Shown here piece by piece: positions 30,896 through 41,659 of a stretch of 64,000 nucleotides of DNA (its first letter is position 1; every line of letters begins with the position of its first letter). A program made the translations under genes and the position numbers. The notes under the pieces are model-generated. The model was not told the DNA's origin, did no database searches, and saw only the letters and a program-made list of their open reading frames with translations. Source of the DNA: Vicinamibacteria bacterium (GTDB lineage Bacteria > Acidobacteriota > Vicinamibacteria > Vicinamibacterales > JAENWD01). The DNA lies in the NCBI GenBank assembly GCA_963832135.1, contig CAWHTD010000005.1, forward strand, positions 41,730 to 105,729. Direction: 5' to 3'.

Positions 30896-32027
30896 TCAAA
30901 ACCGAGGAATAGCGATCCTCTCGCCGCCCTTGAGCGCCGACTGGTGCGCGCATATACCGACCATCGTCCAGTTCGCGGACGTCTCGGCGTCAGGCATGGG
31001 CGGCTTGATGCCGAGGCACGCCATCAGAAAGCCGTTGACAAGGTGCGGATGCGAGCCGCCGTGTCCGCCGCCCTGCAGAAACGACAGGTGGTCGGCATCC
31101 TGGATGGCGGCCGGCTGCGTGAACGCGCGAATCGGCTCCGGCAAGCAAATGCGCATAGTCCGGCACCTTCACCCGCTTCGGAATGTCCGGTTCGCTCAGC
31201 GGTCGTTCGCGGGTGCTCTTCGTGTGGACCACCGGCTCTTCGTGTTCCACCTGCTGCCACTCGAAGGACTGCTTCGATCCGTATACATCGAAGCTCTCGC
31301 GGTATTGCCGCGCGGTATTGAACAGGCTCCGCGTGACTTCAGCGCAGACATCGGAGTCGCGCAGCTTGAACGTCGCCGTTTCAATGGCGAAAGGGCTGCC
31401 GTATTTCGGAATCAGCGTCTCGTCGATGCGACCGGACCCATGGCAGACGACGTGTTCGGCGTGCCTGCCTAAGAGCGCAAGGCATGGACTGACGCAGTGC
31501 GTGGCGTAGTGCATCGGTGGAAATCCTTCCCAATAGCCCGGCCAGCCCTCCATGTCCTGCTGATGACTCCCCCGCAGGAACTGGATCCGGCCCAGTTCGC
31601 CACGGTCGTAGAGCTCTTTGACGAACAGGTACTCGCGGCTGTACACGACGGTCTCCATCATCATGTACACCGTGCCGCTTCGTCGCTGTGCTTCGACAAT
31701 CTGCCGGCACTCGTCGATCGCGGTCGCGGCGGGCACCGTGCTGGCAACGTGTTTACCAGCATTCAGCGCCGCGATCGACTGCGGCGCGTGATCGGCTATC
31801 GGCGAATTGATGTGCACGGCATCGACATTCGGATCCGCCAGCAGTTGCGCGTAGTCGGTGTATCGCACCTTCACACCGAACCTGTCGCCGCAGGCATCGA
31901 GCTCCTTACGATCGCGGCGACAGATCGCGTACATCTCGGCGTTCGGGTGGCGCTGGTAGATTGGAATGAACTCGGCGCCGAATCCGAGCCCGACGATCGC
32001 GACTCTCACCTTCCCGTCCGTGGTCAT
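30896..32027 (-). pseudogene. Gfo/Idh/MocA family oxidoreductase, frameshift near 31150, or an indel error
   Basis: Rossmann N-terminus (VRVAIVGLGFGAEFIPIY). The C-terminal conserved piece (LPEPIRAFT ... GGGHGGSHPHLVNGF) is in the frame of ORF 30896-31156. Confidence 0.8.
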
Positions 32028-32059
32028 TGAGAGATCTCCTCGCCGCGAAATGGATACCT

Positions 32060-32267
32060 AAAAACCCAGGGTCCACTTGAGTATGAGTCGAATGGCATTC
32101 GGCTCGTGGAGACCGCAGAGAGACGGATCAACGGATCAAACGCAGAGCACGCCGAGCCCGCAGAGTGCTTTTAAGTACTTTGCGATCTCAGCGTGCTTCG
32201 GCGTTGAGATCGATTCCGCGTGCTCGGCCTCCTCTGCGTATGGCACCAGCGCTATCCATCGTCAAGT
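32060..32267 (+). repeat. dispersed structured repeat, copy C (best-preserved hairpin at 32183-32212)
   Basis: Same blocks as the other copies. Perfect 8-bp stem (CGATCTCA / TGAGATCG) around a loop containing CTTCGG. Internal duplication GGATCAACGGATCAAACG. Lies 3' of the MFS-2 gene. Confidence 0.7.
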
Positions 32268-32316
32268 CAAGCAAGTCTCGGTCTAGGGGCGCACTGCAGC
32301 ACCGTTGCACCGCCCT

Positions 32317-34050
32317 TTATGGACGAGCGACTCCGCCAGCTTCGGGCAGGAGACGCTCTGGCTTGTATCCGCCGGCTGCCCTGAAATACGCGATGAGCCC
32401 CAGATAGCAGACGAGCATGATGACCGGCAGCAGCGCAATCCTGCCCAGCGTCGCCTGCTTCGTGCGGCTGTCGAGCGCTGCCAGCAACGCGCTTTGTCGC
32501 GACAGCTCCTGGTAGTGCGGATCGGTCGAGAGCGCCTGCCGCGGCACGCCCTCCAACGATTCGCCAGCGATCTCCGGTGGCACGCTTTCCTGGATCCGCG
32601 CGGCCGACGCTGCCAACTCTTCAGCCAACAGGGCACGCTGCGCGGGATCGAGGCGCGAGACGATTCACCGAAAAGCCCCGGACGCGCCACGATGAGCCGC
32701 TCGGCGAGCGCCGGATCGGCGGCGCGGATCTCGGCGGTCAGCGCGATGTCCTGCACAGCGCCGATCGCGGGATTGCCGATCGTGCCCACCGAAATCATGC
32801 CGACGCCGGCGATGGCATTCAGCATCAGCGCCCCGCCACGCGGATACTGCTCGCTGACCACCCCGAGCGTCGTCGGCCAGAAGAACGTCTTGCCGAAGCC
32901 GTAGAAGGTGGCCGCGGCGAACAGCATCACGGGTGACGTGCCGGCCTTCGAGAGCCAGAGCAGGCCCATGGCGGCGACGGCTGCGCTGGCGGCGAGGAGT
33001 CCGAGCGGACCGATGCGGTGGACGATCGGTCCAGCGAAGAACCGAAGCACGAACATGATCAGAGACGTCCACACGAGGAACAACGTGCCCAGCGTCGGAC
33101 TCTGGAGGACCGTGTGCATGATGTCCGAAATCCAGCTGTCGGTGCCGAGCTCCGTCGTCGCGAGCAGCACCATGATCAGGAGCAGCAGGAAGAACATCGG
33201 TCGCCCGAAGCTCCTGACGTACAACGTGAACAGCAGCGCGAGCGGCCAGTGCGATCGCCAGCTGCGCGACGAGCGCGAATGTGGGCACACCGAGGATGAC
33301 GAGGATCTGGTTGAGACCCGCCACCAGGAAGAAGCACACGATGAAGCAGCTCCCTCCGCCGAACTCACGCAGCATGTCGTAATACGGCACATTGGCGGCC
33401 ACCCGCTCCTGCACGGGGAACGCTGCTTCAGGAGCATGAGACCATAGGCCAGCGTCGGCACGAGCACGAGCCCCACCTGCCATTGCCAGAGGCGGCCCGG
33501 CACACTCGCGGGATTCACGAAACTCACCGCAATGGCGACAAGCCCTCCGAGCACTAAGCCCGCCGGGCCATCCGGCGTGCAGCATGTTGAGGTACTTCGT
33601 CTTCTCGCGGTCGTACAGCGTGGCCGTCACCGGATTGACGACCGCCTCGACTGTCCCGTTTCCGAGCGCGAAGATGAACGTTCCGAGGTAGAGCAGCGCG
33701 AAGCCATTCCGTTGGCCCGCCAGGACCGCATCCGGGCCAGCGCCAGGATCTGCGAGGAGGAGCGGCGCCGCGAGGGTGATGACCGCCGAGAGCACATGGA
33801 GGGTGAACGCGATGGCCATCGAGACGCCGTTGCCAAGACGATCGATGATCAGGCTGAACAGGATGATCGAGATCGCGAACGGGAAGAGACCGGCACCCAG
33901 CAGGTATCCAATCTGCTCCTGACTGAGGTTGAACTCCGCGCGCCACTGGCCGAGGATCGCCGCGCGCACGGCAAAGCCGAATGACGTGGCCACGAGGGCC
34001 ACGACACAGCCCGTGAAGAGCCTGGTGCGGTGCATCGTCTCTGGCATCAC
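32317..34050 (-). pseudogene. MFS-type transporter (copy 2), at least 4 frame changes, or indel errors
   Basis: TM-rich segments alternate between the frames of ORFs 32665-34050 and 32283-33554. The last helix and tail (IALLPVIMLVCYLGLIAYFRAAGGYKPE) are in ORF 32317-32628, so the true stop is probably 32317. Confidence 0.7.
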
Positions 34051-34068
34051 TCTCGCCTTTGTCGAGGG

Positions 34069-37000
34069 TTATCGGCCGGGCGAGCCGCTTTCGGCTCGTC
34101 CGGTTCCTGGACCGGTCCGCGGCAGCACCACGCGCAGAACACCGTTCATCACACGCCAATGACCGGGGAACGTGCAGACGTATGGGTAGCGGCCGGGCTC
34201 GGCGGGCGCCCTGAAGTGCACGGTTATCGTTTGTCCGGGATCGACCAGCGTGGTGGAGAAGAGCACCTGTGGGATCGTCGGCACATACTGCTGCGCCATT
34301 CCGTTCGGTCCAGCCATGAGTGCATCCGCGGCCGACCCGATCTGGGCCAGCGATCCGGGCGTTCCGAGGAGGAAATTGTGCTGCATCACGTCCGGGTTCG
34401 CGAGCACAAGCTCCACCAGCTGGTTTGGCGCTACTGTCAATTCGCTTTTGTCGAACTTCAACTGATGCGGGATGACACCAAGCCTCACGATGACGTCTGG
34501 GGTCGACTCCGCCGCGCTCAGCTTCTTCTCTACCGCCGCTGGTGACGTCGCAAAGGCGAGATGAGCGGCCAGCTCTCCCGACTTCGTGTAGAGAGGGGCG
34601 GCGTTGGTCTGCCTTTCCACGCGATATCTCCACGTTCCAGCCAGCGGCACCGTGCGCTTGCCTCTCTGGACGGACATCGCCTCGGGCGGGCCCAGGAATC
34701 CGCCGTCGCCACGATTGTTCCGGATCCGGATGGTGATCGTGTTGGTCCCCGGACCGACGACGCCGGCGACGAGCGGGTAGAGCGGGGCGGAGGCCCGCCT
34801 CACGTGTGTGGCCGGTGGCGCGGCGAGCGGCTTTCCGTTGACCCACACCTCGGCGGCATTCCCGACGCGCCCGAGCGTCAGGCTCGTGGCCGGCGGTGCC
34901 GCTGGCCACTCGACACGGCGCGTGAACCAGACGACGCCATCGAAGTCGGGCAGACCTTGCGATTCCCAGTTGCCGGGCGCTTTCATCTCTTTCCAGTCCG
35001 AGGCCAATGAAGCGGCGTCGGGGCTGCGCCAGTCCGGCACGCTATTTCCGAGGCGGAGTGCGACGGGCAGTGCGTTCGACGGGAGCGCCTGGGCATCGGC
35101 ACGATATTCGCGTCAGAAAGCGGTCGCGATGCCGATACGCAGCGATGAACAATGCCCGGCTCAGCCACCTGTCACCGTAATTCGTTGCCTCAAGGCTCGC
35201 GGTATAGAGCGCCTTGCCGATCTCCGGAGACGCGGGCATGTCGGCCAGCGCCAGGACGCAGCCAGCCGTGTGTGCAGGTCGGGATCCTGCAGCAGACCGG
35301 CGCTCAGGATCGCGGCACCAGAGTCTGCGCCGCGAGGCAGCACCATCGCCGCGGCCTTCCGAACACCGGCAGCGGGATGTTTCAACGCCGCGACCGCCGT
35401 GCCAACGGCCTCACTCGTCGTGATTCGCCATCTCACCCAGCCCGTGCAAGGTCCAGAGCGCGTGCATCGCCGCGCCGTTGATCCCGACGGCGTCGACCGA
35501 CGTGTCGCGTGCAAGGACGACGAGCTGCGGCACGACGTCTCTGCTCGCCTCGTTCGACGAGCAGACGCTGGGCGTGGAGCCGCCAGAGCATGTTGTCCGA
35601 ACGCGAGCGCACGGACGCAGACCTGCCGGATCGGTCTTCGACAGCGACATCCGGGCAGCTCGCGGCGCGTCCTTGTAGACGACCCGATAAATGCGGCCTC
35701 GATGACGGTCGCGCATCGATGTCTCATAGGCATTGCCGGGGCCGTTGCTGTACCCGATCGGCGTGGGATTGTGCTGAGAGATGAAGTTGTACCAGTCGGA
35801 CACCCACACCGCGCCGTCGGGGCCGACCTGCGCCTGCACGGGCGCGACCCATTCCTCCGCGCCGGCCAGCAGGTTCCAGCCATCGCGCGTCGCGAACCCC
35901 GCGCCCTGTTTCTCGATGATGCCCTGTCCTACGAGATGAGCCGTCGGCTCCGAGATGAACGCAATGCGATTCCAATACGACTTCGGAAACGATCGCGCCG
36001 TGTAGAGGTGATGCCCGGCGGCCGCCGTGTAGCCGCCATGCACGTCTACCTGCCGGATGTACGGAGTCACGTAGTGCGCGGCATAGAACTGCGTCACGTT
36101 CTGATAGCCGGGACCGCTGCTGGCGCGCGCCCCCGCTGCCGAGGCCCTGAACGCCCTCAAAGTAGCGGTTGGGAATGGCCAGATAGAAACTCGGCTCGTT
36201 GTTCGCGGTCGACCCGAACACATCGAATGTCTCGGAGAAGCCCAATCCCCACGTGTTGTTGGTGGACGCGGTCAGAAACTCGAAATCAGAGCCGTCCGGC
36301 TTGAAACGGTACGCGCCCTGGGTGAACTGCATGCGCTTGCCGTTCATCTCGCCGTCGTACCCGGAATAGCCGACCACACCCCAGATCTGGTTGTCCGGCG
36401 CGTACTGGAGGTTCGAGGGCCCGGCGTGACTGTCTTGGATCCCCCAGCCCGTGCTCAAGACCTGGCGAACGTCCGCCTTGTCGTCGCCGTCGGTGTCCTT
36501 GAGAAACAGGATGTTCGGCGCGGCCGCGACGATGACGCCGCCATTGGAGAAGACCAGGCTCGAGGCGAGGTTCAACCGATCGGCGAACACCGTGACTTTG
36601 TCGGCGCGGCCATCGTCGTTCGTGTCTTCCAGGATCTTGATTCGGTCCTCGCCGGACTCGCCCCTCAGCACTCGGTTCGGATAGTCGATGGCCTCGATCA
36701 CCCAGAGCCGCCCGCGCTCGTCGAACGAGAAGGTAATGGGCTTGACGAGATCGGGCTCGCTCGCGAACAACTCCAGCCTGAACTCGGCAGGATGCTGGAT
36801 GAACTTCATCGAGTCTTGCGGATCGAACGGCATTTGATAAAGCGGAGCGGGGTCGCGGTTTTCGTAATTCGGCACGTTGAAGCCGTCGACGTAGTTCACG
36901 TCAGGCATCTTCAGCTGCTGCCACGCACGCCGCGCGGCGTCCTCGACCGCCCACGCCACGCCCTTCTCAATCAGCTTGTGGAACTCCGGCTGCCGCCACG

Positions 37001-37677
37001 TGCGCTCGTCGTGTCCGTATGCGGTGTAGAAGACGCGTCCCTGTCCCTGCGTGCGGACCCACGTGTACGGCTCACGTCCCTCCTCGTCGACGCGCTCCAT
37101 CAGGACCGTCCGGTTCACCGTGTTGTGCCGGGTGTGGACGTAGGTCTCATCCCATGTCTTGAACGGCTTCACGCCCTTGATCGCCGGGTGTTCCGCGTTG
37201 ACGATCTCCGCCGTGAACTCACCCGTGCCGTGCCGCAGGAACTGGCCGCCAATCAGCGGGATGTAATGTTCGGACTCCGTGAACATGAACGACGCGCAGT
37301 GGATCGCCACGACGCCTTTGCCACCCTCGACGAAATCGAGCAACGCCTTCTCCTGATCCGGCGTGATCGTCTTGTGGTTGGCGTAGATCATCAGGGCGTC
37401 GTAGTGCCTCAGCTTTTCTGGTGTGAGCGCTTCCTCCGGCGTCATCACATACGTCAGCTGAATGCCCCGCCGCGCAAGCGGCGCAGCCAGCAGTGGCAAC
37501 AGAGTGGAAGAGGGATGATGCTCCTGCAGCATGTCCCAGGAACAGCACCCGCAGCGGCCTGGGACCCGTCTCCGCCGGCGCCTGCATGGGGGCCGAAGAA
37601 AGACTCGCCACCAACAGGGCCACCGCTCCCCCCATCGGCAATGACACGTCACGACTCCAGGACATGGTTCGCCTCAT
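34069..37677 (-). pseudogene. giant secreted ThuA - membrane-bound-dehydrogenase-like propeller - HEAT - galactose-binding-like - cupredoxin protein, at least 6 frame changes, or indel errors
   Basis: Signal peptide and start of ThuA are in ORF 37219-37683. ThuA (GGKGVVAIHCAS ... VFYTAYGHDE) and the dehydrogenase domain (FASEPDLVKPITFSFDERGRLWV) are in 35724-37652. The continuation is in 35411-36223, and HEAT-like pieces are in 35161-35883 and 35042-35239. The C-terminal sugar-binding-like domain and blue-copper site (MQHNF ... YVCTFPGHWRVMNG) are in 34069-35040. Confidence 0.75.
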
Positions 37678-37721
37678 GGTCAACGTCGGCTTCTTGATCG
37701 TGACGCGGTCGCGGCCAGGTA

Positions 37722-37737
37722 CCGTGAACGTTCACGG
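37722..37737. promoter_or_regulatory. candidate LacI-family operator CCGTGAACGTTCACGG (site 2)
   Basis: Exact 16-mer overlapping the stop codon of MFS-1 (GCT CCG TGA) and sitting about 45 nt upstream of the ThuA-fusion start. Confidence 0.6.
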
Positions 37738-38994
37738 AGCGCAATCTACCACATCCGCCAGAAGCGGCACGGGTCGGATCGTCGGAATGGTGACGCAGAT
37801 GATCGCGAAGGCGATCACGTGGAACGATCCCGCCAGCGTGAAGACGACGCCGTAGCCGAAGCCGTGATCGAGCAGATATCCCACCAGCTGGCCGAAGACA
37901 ACACCACCCATCGCGCCGCCGAAGCCGACGAGTCCGGCCACGGCGCCGACGGCGTTGCGGGGATACATGTCGGCGGGCAGGGTCATCACGAGCGTGGACC
38001 ACGACTGCTGGCCGAAGTACGCCAGGCTGAAGATCGCCAGCGCCGATCCGACCGGGGCGCTTGGCACGAACACGACCGCAGGCATCACGACTGCGCTCAT
38101 GCCAAGCGCAATCTTGCGCGCACGGTCCAGGGGCACGTGCCGCGTCAGCAGCCAGCTCGAGAGCCACCCTCCAGCCAGGCAGCCGACGCCGGCGGCCGCG
38201 TACGGAATCCAGGCGAACGCGCCGACCGCCTTGATGTCGAAACCGCGGGCATCGTAGAGATACTTCGGGAGCCAGAACAGGTAGAAGTACCAGGCCGCGT
38301 CGCTCAAGAACTTCGCGAACACCAGTCCCCACGTCTGTCGCACGCGCAGGAGGTTCGACCACCGCGGTGTCGGCTCTTCCGCGCTCGCATGGATCACCGG
38401 TGCCAGCAACGCTCGCTCAGCGGGGCCGAGTCGGGGGTGCTCCGCCGGCACGAAGTATCCGCGCCACCACCAGATCGTCCAGACCACACCCACAAGTCCG
38501 GTCAGGTAGAACACCGTGCGCCAGTCGCCCCACGTCAACACGAGCGCGATGGCCGGAGGGGCCACGACCCCACCAACCGCGGTGCCCGCGTTGATGATGC
38601 CCATCGCCGTCGCGCGCTCGTGGACAGGGAACCACTCTGCGACGGCGCGCGTGGCGGCTGGAAAGCCACCGCCTTCGCCGATGCCGAGCAAGAGCCGGCT
38701 GACCGCGAGCATCGAGACGTTCGTGGCCAGGCCGTGGCTCGCGCAGGCAAGCGACCAGAACACCATGATCAGCAGAAAGCCCGCGCGGGTGCCGACCACA
38801 TCCATCAACTTGCCGCCGGCGGCGTACATGACGGCGTACGTGATCAGAAAGCTGGATTGCAGGAACGAGAACTGCTCGTTCGTCACGGGGATGTCTTGCT
38901 CGATCGCCTTGATCGCCACGGGCAGGGTCTGCCGATCGAGATAGCTGATCGCGATGGCCGCGCTGACCAGCACGGCTATGCGCCAGCGCAGCAT
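37732..38994 (-). CDS. MFS transporter, hexuronate/ACS-like (copy 1), intact
   Basis: The ATG at 38994 (MLRWRIAVLVSAAIAISYLDRQTL) is 9 nt after the GH127 stop. 12 TM-like segments. The longer ORF start at 39156 would overlap GH127. Confidence 0.8.
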   Translation of the reverse strand: MLRWRIAVLVSAAIAISYLDRQTLPVAIKAIEQDIPVTNEQFSFLQSSFLITYAVMYAAGGKLMDVVGTRAGFLLIMVFWSLACASHGLATNVSMLAVSRLLLGIGEGGGFPAATRAVAEWFPVHERATAMGIINAGTAVGGVVAPPAIALVLTWGDWRTVFYLTGLVGVVWTIWWWRGYFVPAEHPRLGPAERALLAPVIHASAEEPTPRWSNLLRVRQTWGLVFAKFLSDAAWYFYLFWLPKYLYDARGFDIKAVGAFAWIPYAAAGVGCLAGGWLSSWLLTRHVPLDRARKIALGMSAVVMPAVVFVPSAPVGSALAIFSLAYFGQQSWSTLVMTLPADMYPRNAVGAVAGLVGFGGAMGGVVFGQLVGYLLDHGFGYGVVFTLAGSFHVIAFAIICVTIPTIRPVPLLADVVDCAP

Positions 38995-39002
38995 TTCACC
39001 AC

Positions 39003-41510
39003 CTATCTCACCTTCCACTCCTGAATGCCCGCCGACCACTCCGGCTGCATGGTCAGCTCGAGCCTGAGCCCGCTCGTTGTGACCGGCGTAAAGGGCGCGC
39101 TGTTGTACCGACCCTTCTCCACGCCATAAGGCTCGCGCGCGTCGGCCGGCTTCCATGTGCCGCCGTCCTTATAGAGCACGCGCCACGACGCCGGCGCCCT
39201 CACGTCCCCGTGGTTCGTGTCGTCGAACCAATAGACCTCGACTTCGGAAACACGGGTTGGCTTCGCGAATGCGTACTCGACCCACTCCGTCGTCCCCTTG
39301 CGGGGCCACCAGTCGAAGTAGGACGACGGATCGTCGGAGGCTTGCGGCTCCTCGCCGTCGTTGATCGCTGTCGCGCTTCGACGCGACGGCGAGGCGGTGA
39401 TGGCGCTCGTCGTGACGGACGTAGTGACGGTGCTGCTCATTGCCACCGTTGGCCAAGGCGTCGGCCGCGCGGCGTCGTCGGATGCTGCCAGCCAGACGAT
39501 CATCTGACCACGTCCTCGGTTCGCCCAGGTCGCGTAGGGAATCGCCATGAACTCCTGTTCGGCCTTCACCACCTTGCCTTGCGCGTCATAGGAGAGACCG
39601 AACGCGCGGCCCTTGATCACCTGCACGCCGTTGAGCAGATCCCGCCGGAACTCGCTCGTCAGCGGTGCGTCGAGGGGCAGCACGAGATTTCTCACTTTTC
39701 CGTTCGGGCTGTCCGGCCATTCCGCCGCGTAGACGATTGGACCGCGCTGCAAGGCTGCCCGGCCGCGATCGGCCGCGACCATGTCGCTCGCGACGACGCG
39801 TCGTACCGGCATGGGCAGGACGAGCTCGACGACGTCGCCGGACTTCCATTCGCGCCGGACGTCGACGTACCCGCTCGTGTGGGCCGCGGGGACGGCGCTC
39901 CCGTTTACACGCACCGTGACCTCCTCACGATTGGTGTCCGCGAATCGATACAAGTCGCTCGGCACCGCCTCATCGCGAGCCCAGCCCGGAATCCGCAGCT
40001 TCAACGCAAACGGGCCTGGTGTATCGGGCTCGACAGTGATGCGCACCGTTCCGTCCCACGGGTATTGCGTGTCCTGGGTGAGCTTCACTGTTCGGCCGTT
40101 CCGCAGCGCAATGTCGGCGTTGCCCTTCGCGAAAAGATTCACGAAAATCGTGTCCCCTTGGAGCGCGTACACATAGCCAGGCACCGAGGCGAGAAAGCGC
40201 GTGATGTTGCCCGGGCAGCACGCGACACCGAACCACGGGCTGCGCTCGTGCTGCCCATTCGATTCGAGCGGGTTCGGATAGAAGAACGACTTGCCGTCGA
40301 GCGACACGCCGGAGATCAGCCCGTTGTACAGCGTGCGTTCCATGACGTCGATGTACTTGCCATCGGCGTGCAGCAGAAACAGGCGATGGTTCCAATAATC
40401 ATTTCCAATCGCCGCACAGGTCTCGTTGTAGGCCGTCATGTTCGGCAGCTCGTAGTCGCCTCCGAACGCCTCGCCTTGACCGGTCGCACCGATTCCGCCA
40501 GTCAGGTACAGCTTCTTGCCGACAACGCTCTGCCAGATGGCGTCGACCGCTTTGAGATACGAGGTGTCGCCTGTCAACGCCGCCACGTCCGCCATGCCGG
40601 AATACATGTACGTGGCACGTACGGCGTGCCCCACGGCGTCGGTCTGCTCGAAGACGCGTTCATGCGCCTGGTTGTAGTCGAGCCCTCGCGGGTTCGTCTT
40701 GGCACCGGGAGTGGGGCCACGTTCGTCGAGCAGAAATTTCGCCAGCGTCAGATACTGCTCGTTGCCCGTGACGCGGTACAGCTTGGCCAGGCCCATCTCT
40801 GTGATCTGGTGCCCGGGCCAGATCGATTTCTTGCCTGGGCCGAATGTCTCGACGAGGAGATCGGCGGTACGGATTGCGATGTCGAGCAGCGTGCGCTTGC
40901 CAGTGGCCTGATAATGCGCGACTGCCGCTTCATACAGGTGACCAAGGTCGTAGAGTTCGTGGCTGTCGTCGCGCTCGTGCTCCCACCGCGTCGTGCCTGC
41001 CCAGGGGTGCGGGTGCGCCGGATCGATCGTGCGTGCCGTGTAGAGATATCCGTCCTTCTCCTGTGCCGCCGCGATCTTTTGGATCAGCGAATCGACATAG
41101 GCGTCGAGCTTCGGGTCGGGGTGAACGCTCAGCGCGTACGACGCACCCTCAATCACCTTGTAGACGTCCGTGTCGTCGAACGGATAGCCGGGCGGCTGCT
41201 TGTTCTCGAACGGCTCGCCGCGGAGCGCCTTTGCGGCGCGGATGAAGTTGTCGACGCGGCCGCTCAACTCGCACTGCTTGAAGGCAAAGGGGATCGTCTC
41301 GACACGATTGGTCTCGATGCGCGGCGCCCAGAACGCATCGTCGAGGTGCACCGCGGTGAACGGTACCGGCTGAACCGGGTAATCGCTCTTGGAGGCGACG
41401 GGCGCGGCCGGCGATGCGCCCGATTGCGCGCGGACTGCCAAGGTGACGAGCGCCGTCGCGCCGAATCCGAGGACCAGGCCGACGGTCGCGGCCGTTCTTC
41501 TGAGAGGCAT
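39003..41510 (-). CDS. GH127 (DUF1680, beta-L-arabinofuranosidase-like) with C-terminal discoidin/F5-8 type C-like domain
   Basis: Signal peptide, then GH127-type N-terminal motifs (FWAPRIETNRVETIPFAFKQCELSGRVDNF ... HELYDLGHLYEAAVAHYQATG). The C-terminal roughly 130 aa resemble a carbohydrate-binding discoidin fold (WVEYAFAKPTRVSEVEVYWFDD). GAGGTG RBS. Confidence 0.85.
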   Translation of the reverse strand: MPLRRTAATVGLVLGFGATALVTLAVRAQSGASPAAPVASKSDYPVQPVPFTAVHLDDAFWAPRIETNRVETIPFAFKQCELSGRVDNFIRAAKALRGEPFENKQPPGYPFDDTDVYKVIEGASYALSVHPDPKLDAYVDSLIQKIAAAQEKDGYLYTARTIDPAHPHPWAGTTRWEHERDDSHELYDLGHLYEAAVAHYQATGKRTLLDIAIRTADLLVETFGPGKKSIWPGHQITEMGLAKLYRVTGNEQYLTLAKFLLDERGPTPGAKTNPRGLDYNQAHERVFEQTDAVGHAVRATYMYSGMADVAALTGDTSYLKAVDAIWQSVVGKKLYLTGGIGATGQGEAFGGDYELPNMTAYNETCAAIGNDYWNHRLFLLHADGKYIDVMERTLYNGLISGVSLDGKSFFYPNPLESNGQHERSPWFGVACCPGNITRFLASVPGYVYALQGDTIFVNLFAKGNADIALRNGRTVKLTQDTQYPWDGTVRITVEPDTPGPFALKLRIPGWARDEAVPSDLYRFADTNREEVTVRVNGSAVPAAHTSGYVDVRREWKSGDVVELVLPMPVRRVVASDMVAADRGRAALQRGPIVYAAEWPDSPNGKVRNLVLPLDAPLTSEFRRDLLNGVQVIKGRAFGLSYDAQGKVVKAEQEFMAIPYATWANRGRGQMIVWLAASDDAARPTPWPTVAMSSTVTTSVTTSAITASPSRRSATAINDGEEPQASDDPSSYFDWWPRKGTTEWVEYAFAKPTRVSEVEVYWFDDTNHGDVRAPASWRVLYKDGGTWKPADAREPYGVEKGRYNSAPFTPVTTSGLRLELTMQPEWSAGIQEWKVR

Positions 41511-41659
41511 AACACCTCGCCGTATCGCGCCGGTGGGCGCGGCACCAGAGGACGATGTTCCCGGAGCCCGCTCATCCGTACGGGACGGTGGAAGGGCTCG
41601 TGTCGCAAAGCCCGCCTCGCGGGCGGACAGAGGCGTCCGCAGGGCGCCGATCAGTATAA

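Noticed and set aside
32241-32257. Sigma54-like -24/-12 resemblance (TGGCAC-N5-...) at the 3' end of the dispersed repeats. Copy C has TGGCACCAGCGCTATCC and copy B has CTGCACCAGCCCTTGCT.
   Set aside because: No copy has both the GG and the TTGC elements at correct spacing. Downstream on that strand there is only the 3' end of an opposite-strand gene.
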